Below are positions 43,780-56,612 of a stretch of 64,000 nucleotides of DNA, one piece after another. Every line of letters starts with the position of its first letter. The first letter of the stretch is position 1. The position numbers and the translations under genes were made by a program. The notes beneath the pieces were generated by a model. The model made no database searches. It was given only the letters and a program-made list of their open reading frames with translations, and had not been told where the DNA came from. Source of the stretch: Entomortierella parvispora E1425 (taxonomy: Eukaryota; Fungi; Mortierellomycota); NCBI GenBank assembly GCA_020891255.1, contig BQFW01000013.1, positions 1,240,001 through 1,304,000 of the forward strand. Reading direction: 5' to 3'.

Positions 43780-46700
43780 TCAGAAGCTGAGGTCCAGGGC
43801 CTTCAGTTCGTCAAGGACACGCTCGGTCCTTGCATGCACGCCCTCGACTCCATGCTGTGCGCGACGACGCTGCCAGAATACAGTGCACTCTATGCTTTCA
43901 CATGCTACGAGCTCTACTCCAGTGTTGACCGGACCTGCTCCCGTCACCTTTGGGTCCCAGGGCGTGCCATCCCCGACACCAGCACCTCCTTCTGGCACAG
44001 AGCGACAACACGACCCACAAACGTCTAGCGTGGCCCTAAACATCTTCTCCGCCTTGTTGATCCGATTTTGAAGAACCAACATTGAATTCAGTCGGCCTCG
44101 TTCACTGCAACAGTCGGCGCATAGCTCAGAGTTGGTTTTTTGGTTCGCCATCACAAGCTTGCCGCAAACGGTGCATAGCCGACTTTGATAGTATCGATCG
44201 ATCCTGGGGCCAATCGTAACAATACCTCGTCCCCCTTTGCGCTTTGGTTTGAACTTTGGAGGGGCAAGCAGTGTCTCTGATGCGGGTCCTGCTCCGCTGG
44301 GAACGGTCGTCGATGGGTCTTTTGTACCCTCTAGAGGAATCTGTTGACGACTTTGCTCTGCTGCGATCGTGGCGGATGTGGTCTCTGTCGGTATCACAGT
44401 AGCAGCAGCACCAGGCGAAGAGCCCCCGGGAAGTATTAAAGGGGAGGTTCGATGCACTCGAGGCATCTCGTCAAACCACGACTTGACATCTGCGCCTGCC
44501 AGTTGAAAGATGCGTTCCAATGAAGGGATGACATGTTTGCGGATATAGTATTCACCATTCAGCCGTAGATCGCGGTTGCGGAGGAGCTCTTTGGGATCCA
44601 CCACCTGGTCGGTCAATCGAGCGCCTGGATCTCCATAGACAACCACATATGGCACACGCTCTCCGTATTGTGGCTCTGCTCGGGGATCCAGATCCATTCT
44701 TCGGGCAGAAACAACGGCGCCAGGAGGGGGAACACCTTTTTCACTTCAAAACAAGAGAATAAAAATTGTTAGCAATGGACCCACTGACGCTGAACTGTTT
44801 CCAAAGAAAGATCACAGCTGGTCTGCATTACCTGTATCCGCCCATGCGCACTTCTTTTCCAAACATTAGATCTGGTACAGGGACACGACCATCCAGAATC
44901 TTGCCAAGCTGGCGGACAAAATATGACTTGACTTGAGACAAGTCCTGCGTCCGGAACATAGTCCTAGAGAAGCAAAACATGTCAGCAATCCGTTGCAAGT
45001 GCACGTATACTCAACAATCGTCGTTTTGCACCAGGACTTACTTGATGCAAGTTTCCATGATTTTCTGGACCGCCGGAATGCCATCTCTGCGAATAGTCTC
45101 GATTCCCTTTGCGTCAAATATGGGCTCGGCTTGGTCAGGCGTCTCGAATGATGCACCTACATACCTCTTCTTTGTTACAAGAAAGCATGGATGGTACACT
45201 TTTTCAAACTTGAGCTTGACTGGTCGGGGATTCATCTTTGTCACCGTTTCCGAGATGTCGTATCCGATTTCGAAAGCCTGCTGTCGCGTCCGTCCTTTGA
45301 GCTGAATAAACATGCTGTCAGTGTCTCCATACACCACTCGTGCGTTCCACTTTGGATTCTCATTGACGAATCGAATTGCTCTCTCCAACGTTTCACGGCC
45401 AGAGGCAACAATCGAGTCTGCAATCTCTGTACTCGGCATTCGACCAGAGTACGACGCCGAAGTGTATCCATATGTCACGTTGGCAACAAACTTGAGAGAA
45501 AGCTGTCGTGCCTCCAACAACTTCAAGAGCGACTTATTCTCAGGGAACTCCTTCATGGCCTTCTTGACCATCACGCGTGTGTCAAGAATCTCCGTGAGCA
45601 TTCTCCCCAAAAGACCTCGACGAACATCTTGGTTCACATACATGACGCGATTAGGCGCAACTGCACAGAGCTAGATGTTAGTACCATTTCTAAAAAAAAA
45701 ATAATAAAAAAAAAAAGCACTAAAAAGCGTACCTTGAAGATGGCCCTGGACCAGGGGCAAGATGCCCTCCTGTATCTTGTACTCTGTAACACCGAGCTTG
45801 GTGCCACCGCCGAGCTTGCCAAGACATGTCGAGTAGCAATAGTTGTAGGCAATAACCATGCTTGGGTATAAACTTTGAAAGTCCAGAACCACAACAGGGT
45901 CCTCATAAAAGCCGGACTCAGGTTCCATCACCATAGGGATCACTTCCAGAGCTCGTTGTCCTCCAACCTGAGCTCGACTAGGAGATACCATGAGAAAATT
46001 CTCTGGCTTGGCAAGCCTGATCATAAGTGACTCCACTTTGTACTGAGATCCCCTTGAGATGACGCTGAAAAAGTCCACGCCAAAGACACGGGCGAATTCG
46101 CTTGTTCTGGAGACGAGTTCCTGAGATTCGATGAGTTGTAAGTTGTACTGAGCGCGATGAAAGTAGTTCTTCATCACACGACTTTGATGTAAAGCATGCC
46201 CTCCTTCCCACCACTTGGTCAGAGTTTCGTGTGAATAGTGAGGAACCCTATAAAAGATTTTCAATCAGAGCACGTTCTCTACGCCAGCTCCAATCACTCA
46301 TACCGTCAGCATCAGACTACATACCTTTGCTGCAGAACGTGGAATACAACGCTGCAGAATGAGTAATTTGTCAAGGCAACCTCGCCACGGATCAATCTCC
46401 ATACATTGAACAAATGTCGACCAGTAATCTTCAATCCCGAGTTGTGCCGGCTGTTGAACGACTCACGAGCTTCCATTGCACTCTTTGATAAGACGGGAGG
46501 TCGAATCGGCTTTATACGGGAGAGGAGCTTTGACATGTCTTTACCAGTCAAGTTCTGGTATCGGTCCACCATATATCCCCAAGAGAGATTGTGAACCTCA
46601 AACCCTGCCAAGATGTCAGGGTCCAGATGAAGTACAATATCAACGACTGCCTCTAGCATGTCTTCCTCGTTGTTGGCGATGTGCATGTCCACTCCAACGC

Positions 46701-49700
46701 GTCCGGAAGCCAGGGTTTTGTTCAACCCTGAATCAGCGCGTGTGATGACTCCAGTTCGATAACTACAAGTTGAGCAAAGGTCATCCAACGTTAGTTCAGG
46801 GCGCAGTTTGCTATTTTGACTAGCCGAATCACAATCATTACCCTGGAGCCCATCCGTTGGAATTGAGGTTTTCATTTTCGGTCTGCCAGCAGTAAAACAC
46901 GGCTAGAATTGGGTCATGCTTGGGATCAGGCAAGAGACTCCCTCTCGTCTTGCAATGAAGCTCCAGACTCAAGATGTCGATGTAGTCCTTTTCGATGGCT
47001 ATTGAGCCTGCAACTTTCGTGGGGCTGTTCTTGTATCCAAAAGGGTTCTTTTGAGTCGGTCCCTCTATTTGCGAGATGATCTCCTTCTTTTTCTGTGTGG
47101 ATGGCTCCGCCTTGGACCGTAAGGAGGCTTGGATACGTTCCTTGTCCTCTTGGAGCCAGGCGGCGACTTCTTTCTGTGAGGGTGGCGCCATATTCGGCTC
47201 CCAAAACCGAAAGCCCTCTCCTTGTGCGGCGAGTCGCTTACGATCGAAAATACTATTGAATGCGCCCATCGTTTTTATACTCTTTGACTGCAGCCGAAAT
47301 TCCTTTCCTCCAAAGACTTTGACCTTCGACGGAACATCGTTGTCAACAGAGTAGAAGGGCTTTTGATGCATGAAGTTGGGCAGACCCTCGAGTTCAAAAG
47401 TAGACAAGAGCTCAGAAGTGGTTGGAGCCGGAAAGTGGAACTTGAACACTTTGCAGTATTGAATCGGACCAGGGTGCGATTCAGAACTGAGGGGAGATAA
47501 CGCCGGATTATTAAGATCAGAGGTATGGTCCAAGATGGAGCTATTAGCAAACTCCTCTTGCACCAGGGTATATGGATTGGATTCGGGCATTATCGAATCC
47601 TCTGCGACTACGATCTTGGAGATGTCTACTGGTGAGTCAACACTTCCGTCTTCAGCAATTGGTGTATCAAGCGAATCGTTTGTATGAGTCGACAACAGTA
47701 TACTCCGCTCGACAACTTCGCTCTGCCTTCGTTCTGTGGTGATCGATCCATTGTCAGAGGAGACGAGCGAAATCACGCTACGCATACTGGAGCGTCTCCT
47801 TTTTGACCAATCGTCTGACACGTCGTGAGAAGGTACCAGATCCGGGGAGGTTGGACGGGGCGGTGAATACTGAAAAGCGGGCCGGAGAAGGGGTGGGGAT
47901 GGAGAAGACCACATCTCGTCCATATTGGTAAGGAAATATTGTCGATCAGGTGAAATCGGCTCTGGGTAGTCATATTCGAGCTTCATAGGAGCTTTCGGTG
48001 GACTTCTGGTGGTGGTCCCTGCAACTTCCTGTGGTGCGTCATCGTCAGAGTACTGAGAAATTTCGTCGATCTCATCCATTGCATCAGTGGCGACGATGGG
48101 ACTCGGTGACCTGACAGGAGCTGCTGACATCTCAACATCATCGTCCAAGTCGATAATAGGGTCCTCAGAGACATGAGTTTTCAGAGACGGCTTCATCCTG
48201 ATGTCTTGTTTCCGCTTAGCCAGAGATGGGATCTCTACGTATCGGACAAACTCTCTCTTTGAGGGCTCTGGCGCCGAGGATTTGGATGTTCCCGCTTTGA
48301 CCGGAGTGGGTTCCCGTCGAAAATTTGGTTCTCCCTTAGATTCGCCAGTCATTACGTGTGAATGTCGTACTGGACCACGAACTATCGCGCCTCTGCCACT
48401 CCCTGGGTTTGATTGCACCTTGCCCTGTGTATGGTTTGAGGCCCGAGCACGCTTCCTCTGCAGATCCGAGCTGGCCCGTTTCCATTCGTCAGCGGCAGAC
48501 CGTTTCCTCTCTGGTGGATCAGTAGGACCGTCTCCTCCACCATCAAACTGCGGGATATTTAGTTCATCATCCGCGAACCCTTCATCTTCTTGAGGATCAA
48601 CGTCAGGAGAGCTACGGTCGCTCCAGAGAGCCATGTCATCGCCCAAAAAGTCTTCTTCCAGAAAGTCATCAATGTCAGGCATTGGGTACTCTTCTTCCTC
48701 GTCCTGCTCCTCGATCCCTCCCAATCCTGAAAGTCCTTTAAACAGCTGTTGCTCGCCTCCGATATCCCCTGCTTGAAATTTTGCAGCCTAGATAACACAA
48801 GGCGGTGAGTCACAGCGCCCATTCACTCCAAGGTCCTGCAATTGCGAGGATCCATATACTTACAGATTGGGAAATGATAGACTCGTCAACTATAATCGAG
48901 CTGTCCCCTTCCTGAAAGACGAATGAAGTTTCCGCTTCATTGTCAGGCACGGATTCTTTGGGATTTCCTTCAGGCATTCTTGGGCACAGATAATCGACAC
49001 TCTGGTACGCAGTCATGAAAGATGCACCCAGCGGATCGTCGTGTAGTGGAAAATTGTCAAAGTCGCCTTGAGTTGGAGTAGGGATCTGAGACTTCATTTG
49101 CTCCGCCAATATCCCCTGAATCATATCAGCTACCATTTTCTTGTTGATGTCCTGGTTCAGCCATGGTATGCTCTCTGGATTTCGCAACTGTGTCTTGGGA
49201 ATATCCTGTGAGGGTAACCCATTTGCTTTTCTTCGACGGGCATCATCCTGTATTGTATAAAAATAGACACCAGTCAGCGGCCACAGTTCAGGATCAGGGC
49301 ACAGTGTTCAAAAGAGCGACATTATGAACATACCTCCCACAAACCGGCCATTGAGGGAACCTGAGCGATACCAGATGGAACTTGAAAGCACTCTGCGAGG
49401 TTGTGGTGGATGTTTCGTTCCGGTGCGCGGTCTCTATTTACAATGCTGTCCACTGTTGTATCCATTTCGACTTCACAATTCGAGATTCGCCCAGGATCAA
49501 GCTCATTTGACCAGATCAAAGAGTCTTCGACAGTCGCTTTTGTAAGTCGTTTGGGGTGATCCCCTTCCTCTGGTTCTGTATCAAAAGAAAAACTCTGATG
49601 AGAACTGGAAACAAAAACAAAAATGGACAGGAATGGCTTCAAGATCATACCTGCAACACTGTTTCGAAGAAGTGCTCCTTCAAGCTCGACCCAGCCCATG

Positions 49701-50592
49701 CCATAGAGGTTGAAGTCGATACAGAACTGCAACTTGAAAGGAACGTGAGCCTCAAAAGGTTGAAAATGAGTTCCCATGATAGCGCCGCTCCGCATCAGCT
49801 CCACGATCCGATTCTCAAAGTCTGGATTGAACAAGTAAATCTTGAGGAAATACGAATAACCGACATGATAGCCATAGAATGGTATTCCTTTGACGATGGT
49901 GATTGCTGCCACATATTGGGACCTTCTCAGATCCTGTGGGGTGTTAAAGGTGATTGCTGCCGCATGATTCAAACTCATCCCGAGCTGGTGGATATAGCCG
50001 TGCACTATGTTATGGCGGCATACACACGAGTTAGGCAACAGGGACAGAGAGTATGACCAGTTTCATTCAACGCAAATGGATGGCAGGGTGGTAGCACATA
50101 CGATGCATGGGCTCCAACGACCCTTCGTACGGCACGTAAAAATAAGGATATGCCTAATGAGACATAGAGGACATGTCAATTGACTAAATACGCCACACAA
50201 CAACTCGCTTGACATTCTCCAAAAAAGCAAGGCAGTACCTGGTGAACATGAAGACACGTCTTTTGGCCCCCCTCATTTGCTCCATAGATCCTGACCACAG
50301 GGACTTTCAAGACTTTCACATCTCGAGGGAGGAACTGACACAAGTGGAGATCCAGAGGCCCCGGACTGACCATGGCATAATCCAGATCGACGACTCTTAC
50401 TTTGAAACGAACCTGCCGCCCCTCTGGACCTCTGACTTCAGGTACTTCAGGTACTTCTGGTGCCCCCTCGCGCGACTGGTCGGACTCAAGGTGGATATCG
50501 CGCCTGGAATCATCCGCAGTTGAGGCTGGGTCCGGTAGCCAGCTGAGACGGCTGGCCGAATGGTCGTTGGGTGGTGGGTTCATGTTGCTCAT
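43780..50592 (-). CDS. REV3: DNA polymerase zeta catalytic subunit, multi-exon
   Basis: [66 protein letters not shown] and C-terminal Cys clusters. Confidence 0.97.
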
Positions 50593-50871
50593 TCCAGCAA
50601 GGCGGGGGAGGGGAAAGGGAATGTTCTCATCCAAGAGCGTCTTTACAGGGTGCAGAGTCGGGAGAACCGAGAGGTGAGTTGAGGGGAATGAGGAGAGGCA
50701 GCGTGTTGCAATGAAAGAATGGAGACTGGGAATGGATGGATGGGTTGTATTCACATGAGAGAAGGACGGAAGGAGAAGAAAAGGCGTGAAGAGAGGAACA
50801 AAAGCAAGGACCCGTGACTGACAAAGTTGGTGGCAAAGAACATATTATTTATTAGATGTGTCTGTTCGTAT

Positions 50872-53594
50872 TCATACCAAAAGTCGCGTCTCCACGGCCT
50901 CGACCTTGACCCGCGTGCCTTTGGCCACGCTCTTCTCTTTCCGCTTCTGGTCCGACTCTGCTCTCCGCTCCGCCTCCATAGCTTGCTGATTCTGTCGAAC
51001 CATCTTGCGGATTCTTGCCATCTGCCGTTGCTGCTGCTCCGCCTCCAAGGCCGCTTCTCGTTGCTTGGCGGCTGCAATTCGGCTCTTCAGGTCCTCCTGA
51101 ATCAGTCCCTTGACGTACTGCAGTCGCTTTACTCGAAGACTCTTTTGCTTTTGTTTCCGCTCTGGACCCGTCAGCTTGGCATCCGCCTGTGCTTCTTCCC
51201 TTTTTTTCGCCTTTGCCTCAGCAGTCGCACGTCTCATCTGGGCCCGAACTTCATTTTCTGATGCAGCCTTATGTACAAACACCGCCGTCCGGAAATCAGT
51301 CGCATCCCCAAAGCCCACGAGTCTGTTCTCGGGGGTTTGTTGTTTGGCTGCCAACTCTATGAATGCGTATTGTACCTTGGCCACAGAGCCTATCCGGAGA
51401 CCCTCGCAAATCGACAGAACAATCTGCTTCCGTAAGCAAAACTCCAAGTAGTGTCGCTCCGAAGAACCGGGCAGCTCCCAGTAGGATCGATCGCGCCCTT
51501 GGAGATGTGTAAGCTTCTGATGCCATTCAAACCAGATCTTCTCAATGCTGGTGATTTCCAGGTCCGGGAAGTAAACCATCGTGGGGTGTCGAAGAGGTCC
51601 TCGCTCTGTAAAATCTCCTTTGGCACCATATGAACTGAACCAAATCGGCCCTTCCTCAGAACGCGGTGTTCCTTGATAGAAATCATTGGCTGAACCTGTC
51701 AGTGGCTCTTTGTCTGGAATATAGGGCAGCTCACTGTACCGGAGATTATCTGCTGAGCCTGCAAGGAACCTGTTCTTGACTATTTTTGTCAACTTGTTTC
51801 CAAGGGCCAATAGATCGTCGTTGCCGCGCAAGGTCTCCAGTTTCTGAATCGCCTCCATGACTGCCAAGTTGTCAACCTCGGTATAAATCAAATACATCTT
51901 GACAATCGCAAGTCGACTCTTGAGTAGTGGCACGTCATCCGGGTGCACCCACTGATACTCGAAATTTTTACATAGATCCTTGATGGAGGGCCATCTTGGC
52001 GGCACAACCTTGACATACCGTGGTCGTGGGACGCCTGCGCCAAGCAGGAAGCCAACCCTGTACTCCCAAAGAACGTCTTTCACTGTTTTCAAATGAGGAT
52101 CCAGTCTGTGAGACGGAGGGTCATATAATGGTCGACGGCCAGTGAACCATGGGATGGGTGGTATCATTTGAGTCGGGCAGAGAACATCCTCAAGACTCCG
52201 CTCTTCCACAGGGTTGAGTCGGTTTACAGCGGTGGGTATTTGATTGAGTGTCGTGGTTTCCTGTGCTACCTCGACGCTACTCGTTGGTTCCGCTCCAGTC
52301 TGAGGTTGGGTTTCCTGACTCCGCACTAGAGTGATCGATGTTTGCTCTGCTTTTGACGCTGAAAGGAGAGAATTACTGGCCGGGTTTGACAACCCTGAGA
52401 TAGTTGTTGAAAATATTACTTTGCTCGACGTAGACAGTGTCTGTGGTGTGTCAATGTCCATCCCAATCTCTGATAGATCGGTTGATGGGTTGTCGTTCAG
52501 AATTAAGTGATCCATGGCCGTGTCGCTCAAAGTGGGCTCCCCTGTGCCTGTGGGACTTGACCATTTGCGAACTGATCCTGCACTGTTACTTGTGGACCCG
52601 ATGGCCGGTGATGACTTTTTAGAAGCCGTGTCCACCAGGCTATCGCTCATGCCGATAGATGAAGGCGGCGGAGATTGAGTTATCCGTGAGTTATGTCGCA
52701 AATTGGGACGCGCCGAACTTTCGCCTGCAGTCTGTCGAGCCAGTACCTCCAGTGGGCGGTAAAAGACATCGGCTGCTGAAGATTTTTGTCCCTGCCCAAC
52801 GTTGTGACAAATAAGAGGAGCAATATACTCTGATACGTAGCGGAACGTCTTCATGACCGTGAAATTTGACCCGTCTTCAAATCCTTGGTTTTTGCAGTAT
52901 AACTACTCGAGGAAGAGGAAACGTAAGACGTTAGCGCCCATCGACCTTGACATATCAAGACCCCAAATCGGAAACTCTGCAGGCTTGGCCTGCAAGATTT
53001 ACCTCCCAATATCTCACAGCGGCGTCATCGCGGTGCTGAAATTCACCGACAGCCTTGCGAAGTGCTTCCTGAGTTGAACTTGAATATTGATCGGCCCAAG
53101 ACATGCTGGTCAGCTGCTCTTCGCGTGTCATTTTATCCTTTCGAAGCAAGGTCTGTGCTATCAGTAATCTCGCAGATTCCTCGTCGGCTTTTGACTAGAC
53201 CACAGACAAGAGAAAATGAGTTTTGATGGTCAATGAACCAACATCGCTATCTGAAGACGGTTCAATCAAACAATAAATCAAGGATGAAATATCTTACCTC
53301 GGTCTTGTCAGAATCCTTTTGTTTAAAGCCTCGTCTGATGTCAGGTAATAGTGCATCGATGACTTCCCAGTCGGTTTTGCTTCCCTGAAGCACCTCTACC
53401 CTTGGCGCCTCTACTCTGGCTGGGCTATTGATCAGATTGACCATCCCTGCCTCTATAACTGTATCCTGTTCGACTGGAGAGTTGACCACTCGTGGCATAA
53501 GAGCCCTGGGATTGGATGATCCTGCTGCTGCAGTCGATTGGGCAGTTCTGACAGGATGTGAAGACCTCGCCTGATCCTTCTGAGGAGCTTCGCC
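50872..53594 (-). CDS. Protein with GCR1_C-like DNA-binding domain and Crypton-like N-terminal segment; multi-exon, 5' end unresolved
   Basis: ITSIEKIWFEWHQ...SYWELPGSSERHYLEFCLRKQIVLSI resembles GCR1_C. Spliced YWE|LYCKNQGFEDGSNFTVMKTFRYVSEYI resembles the CryptonF N-terminus. The C-terminus is a charged coiled coil. Confidence 0.5.
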
Positions 53595-53902
53595 CTATGG
53601 TCAAAGAGTGCATTTGAAAGAGAGACCTTTAGCAATTGTGCTCACATTATAGCCTCCAAAGGTTGGTCCTCATGCGACATTACCCTTCGGACCATCGGCG
53701 GCATGACCATTCGGGTTATCTGCCCTGGAGGGAGAGGGGATGTCATTGGTGAGTGGGTTGCGGTGGCTCGCGGTCAGAGAATGATGGCGATGAGAAAACA
53801 CGCCAACATTGCAACAATGCTCAGCCTGCTGAAGACTACGGACACTCACACCTCTTCTTGACCCCTTAAGTGCCACTAAAATACCGCGATTTTTTATTTT
53901 CT

Positions 53903-56202
53903 TCACCTTCGTTTCATGCGGATCATGTACTTTTCAGTAGCAAGGGCTGTCGTGACAAACTGCACATAGTCATCCCTCTGGTTCGGTACGTCCTCCATAG
54001 TATATGTGAGGACCAACGTCGCCAGGACAAGCCGCATTTCCATCATGGCAAAGTTTTTCCCTACACAGTTTCGAGTCCCGGCCGAGAACGGATAGAAGGT
54101 GAATTCTTGGATCGGACTGTTCGGGAAGGGGGATTCTTCAGGGATCCAACGAGTAGGAATGAACTTTAAGGGCTCAGGGAAATAATCTGGGTTCTTATGA
54201 AGGCTTGGAATATGAGCCATCACAACTGAACAAGAGCAAACGGTAATTTCGGTCAATTATGACAAATATGGAGAAAAAAAAAAGCACGCGTCCATGGAGG
54301 GTGACTTACTAGTGCCCTTGGGAATAAAGTAGCCAGCCATCGTTGTATCTTCGGGTACTTCACGAGGAACGCCTACCGAGATGTAAATTTAAGGGTCGAG
54401 TTGTACATTCAGTTGATCAGTACTTTGATAATCGCCAATATGATTCAGCACTTATCTCTCATAATATAGCAAAGCAGTAGATCCATACCATTGGCAGCAA
54501 CAGGTCGGAGGCGCAAGGACTCATTAATGCATGCAGTCAGATAAGGCGAGTTCCGGATCTGATCGTACGCTGGTAACGATCCCTTAGGATTGCTGGCGGT
54601 CGCTCGAGTCAGCTCTTCGTGCAAACGAGTTAGCATCTCTGGATTTTTGACCAGAAACATCAAGGTATGGGTCATGGCTGTGGAAGATGTTTCTGAACCG
54701 GCGATGCTATAGACCCCACCCCAAAGATAATGGTTTAGAATCAGTTACTGGTCAGAAAGAGAAAAAAAAAAGAAAGATGGTGTATACAGAAAACTCACAG
54801 AAATAAGACAGTCTCTGTCTCCAAGGCCTTGTCAGTCAGCTTTCCGGCAATCATGTCTTCGTAAGCGTTTCCAGTCTCGCCCTGCCCATTGGCGCGTTCA
54901 CGCTCTTGAGCATCAAGCAGATACTGCAGAAGATCCGATCGTCTGCCCTCCTGACCATTATTGTGAGAGTCTTGAGCCTGCTGCTTCATAAGGGCATCCC
55001 TTCGAGCCTGGACCCTTTCCGCTCCAAATTTAAAGAACGAATTGTCGACCGGAACCAGCAATCTCAGGATGGGATTGAAGACCTGTTGAGAACTGCGCTT
55101 TAGAGACTTGGCCATGAGTTTCGGAACTGGATGGTCGTCATGAAGGACCATACCAAAGGTTTGTCCAAAGGCCGTCTCGCCAATTATATCGAGCGACAGA
55201 CGGTTCATGAATGAACAAACATTGACTGTGCCAGCGTTCAACTGGCCTCCCTTTTGGCCATTTTGGTTTTGATCCTCAAGGATTTGGTCCATCTTGCGGA
55301 GAAGGACTTGGATGCAGTCGTGCATGATGGGCTCTAGAGTCCGAAGAAAAGAGAGTCCAAACGCAGGAGCCACGAGTCGACGCTGCCACCATGTACGAGC
55401 AATAGAGAGCAGAACAAAACAGATGTTAAAATCGAGCTACTGAAAAACACTACTGCCAGAGATCTATGAGCGAGAACATTGCTTCCATGATATACCCTGT
55501 TTTTGTGAAAGTCCTTGTTCCTAGACGAGAACAGGTTGTGTTGCCCATTCAACTCTAGCCTCTCATGGATGATACTCTTTGGATAATCAATGGTGACAAG
55601 GATCTCCCGGATTGCGTCCTTATCTGCCACAGAAATGATTTCCGGGGCTAAGGAAAAAGAATATTCTCGTTAGCATCGAGAAATCATTTTCACATTGAGC
55701 TTTCCTTTGCCAGACTCTATATATCCTCAATGCTTACCCACGCGCATGACCTTCCCGTAGCGCTTATGACCATAAGGTATAAGGTAGTGTCTATTCAGGA
55801 TATCAGGGTATTTTAGTCAAGAGTTTGTTCTGGAGCAGTGAAGATATTGACAACTTGAAACCTTTCTCCCTACGAGTATCCGGTATGCTGTCCAACTGCG
55901 GTGAAGAAATACGAGATGTTCGTCCAGCTTCCTGGAACATGACTTAATGGATGGAAGTATCTGGTATATACGGCCTACAAGTCGAGCAGAAAGTCAGTAT
56001 TCTGCTTACTGGTCAGTGCGTGTTAACACACACTAGGATTCTTGGCACATTCATTTACACGTCGGATGAAATCAAGCACCGCAAGCGTAAGGATCAAACG
56101 AAGAACACCAGAAGCAGGCTTCTTTCGTAGCTTGTCGATGTATTGAGTCAGCCAAGCTTGAGCCCATCCTGATAATCCTGTCAATTTTGACACTGTCGCC
56201 AT
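53903..56202 (-). CDS. Cytochrome P450 copy 2, multi-exon, apparently intact
   Basis: AGSETS, ESLR, PTRW and FSAGTRNCVG. The exons translate in register with copy 1. Confidence 0.92.
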
Positions 56203-56612
56203 ATTAAACACTGTTACGCGCGGACGATTGTTAAAGATTCTGGTTGGATTGGACGAAATCGAGTGGGTTGGACGTAAAGATGTAAAAGAAAGGGATAAAA
56301 AAGAGAAAGCGAGGGACTTTTGTCGATCGTGCTTCATGACGTGGCACATGTGGATCTTTGCACGCCCGAGCCGAAGGGAACGGAAAAGGCTCAATGGTCT
56401 AAAAGCCGAGACAGGACGAACCTGTGTGTGTGCACAAATCACTGGTTACACGGACCTCGCCTCAGCGTGCAGGCTAACTTTGTCTTCAACATGCCGAGAT
56501 GTGTTACATGGTAGACTACAATGGTTTATCAAGAGTGCGTGTGTGTATAATATATAGTGGAATGTCTAATGCTGATGCTCCTCTTTCCCCGTTCCTTGCT
56601 CGTGACGGCCAA

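Noticed and set aside
43502-44071. ORF with (NEWNEWR)n repeats
   Set aside because: It is the antisense translation of the 21-bp minisatellite and overlaps the REV3 3' end.
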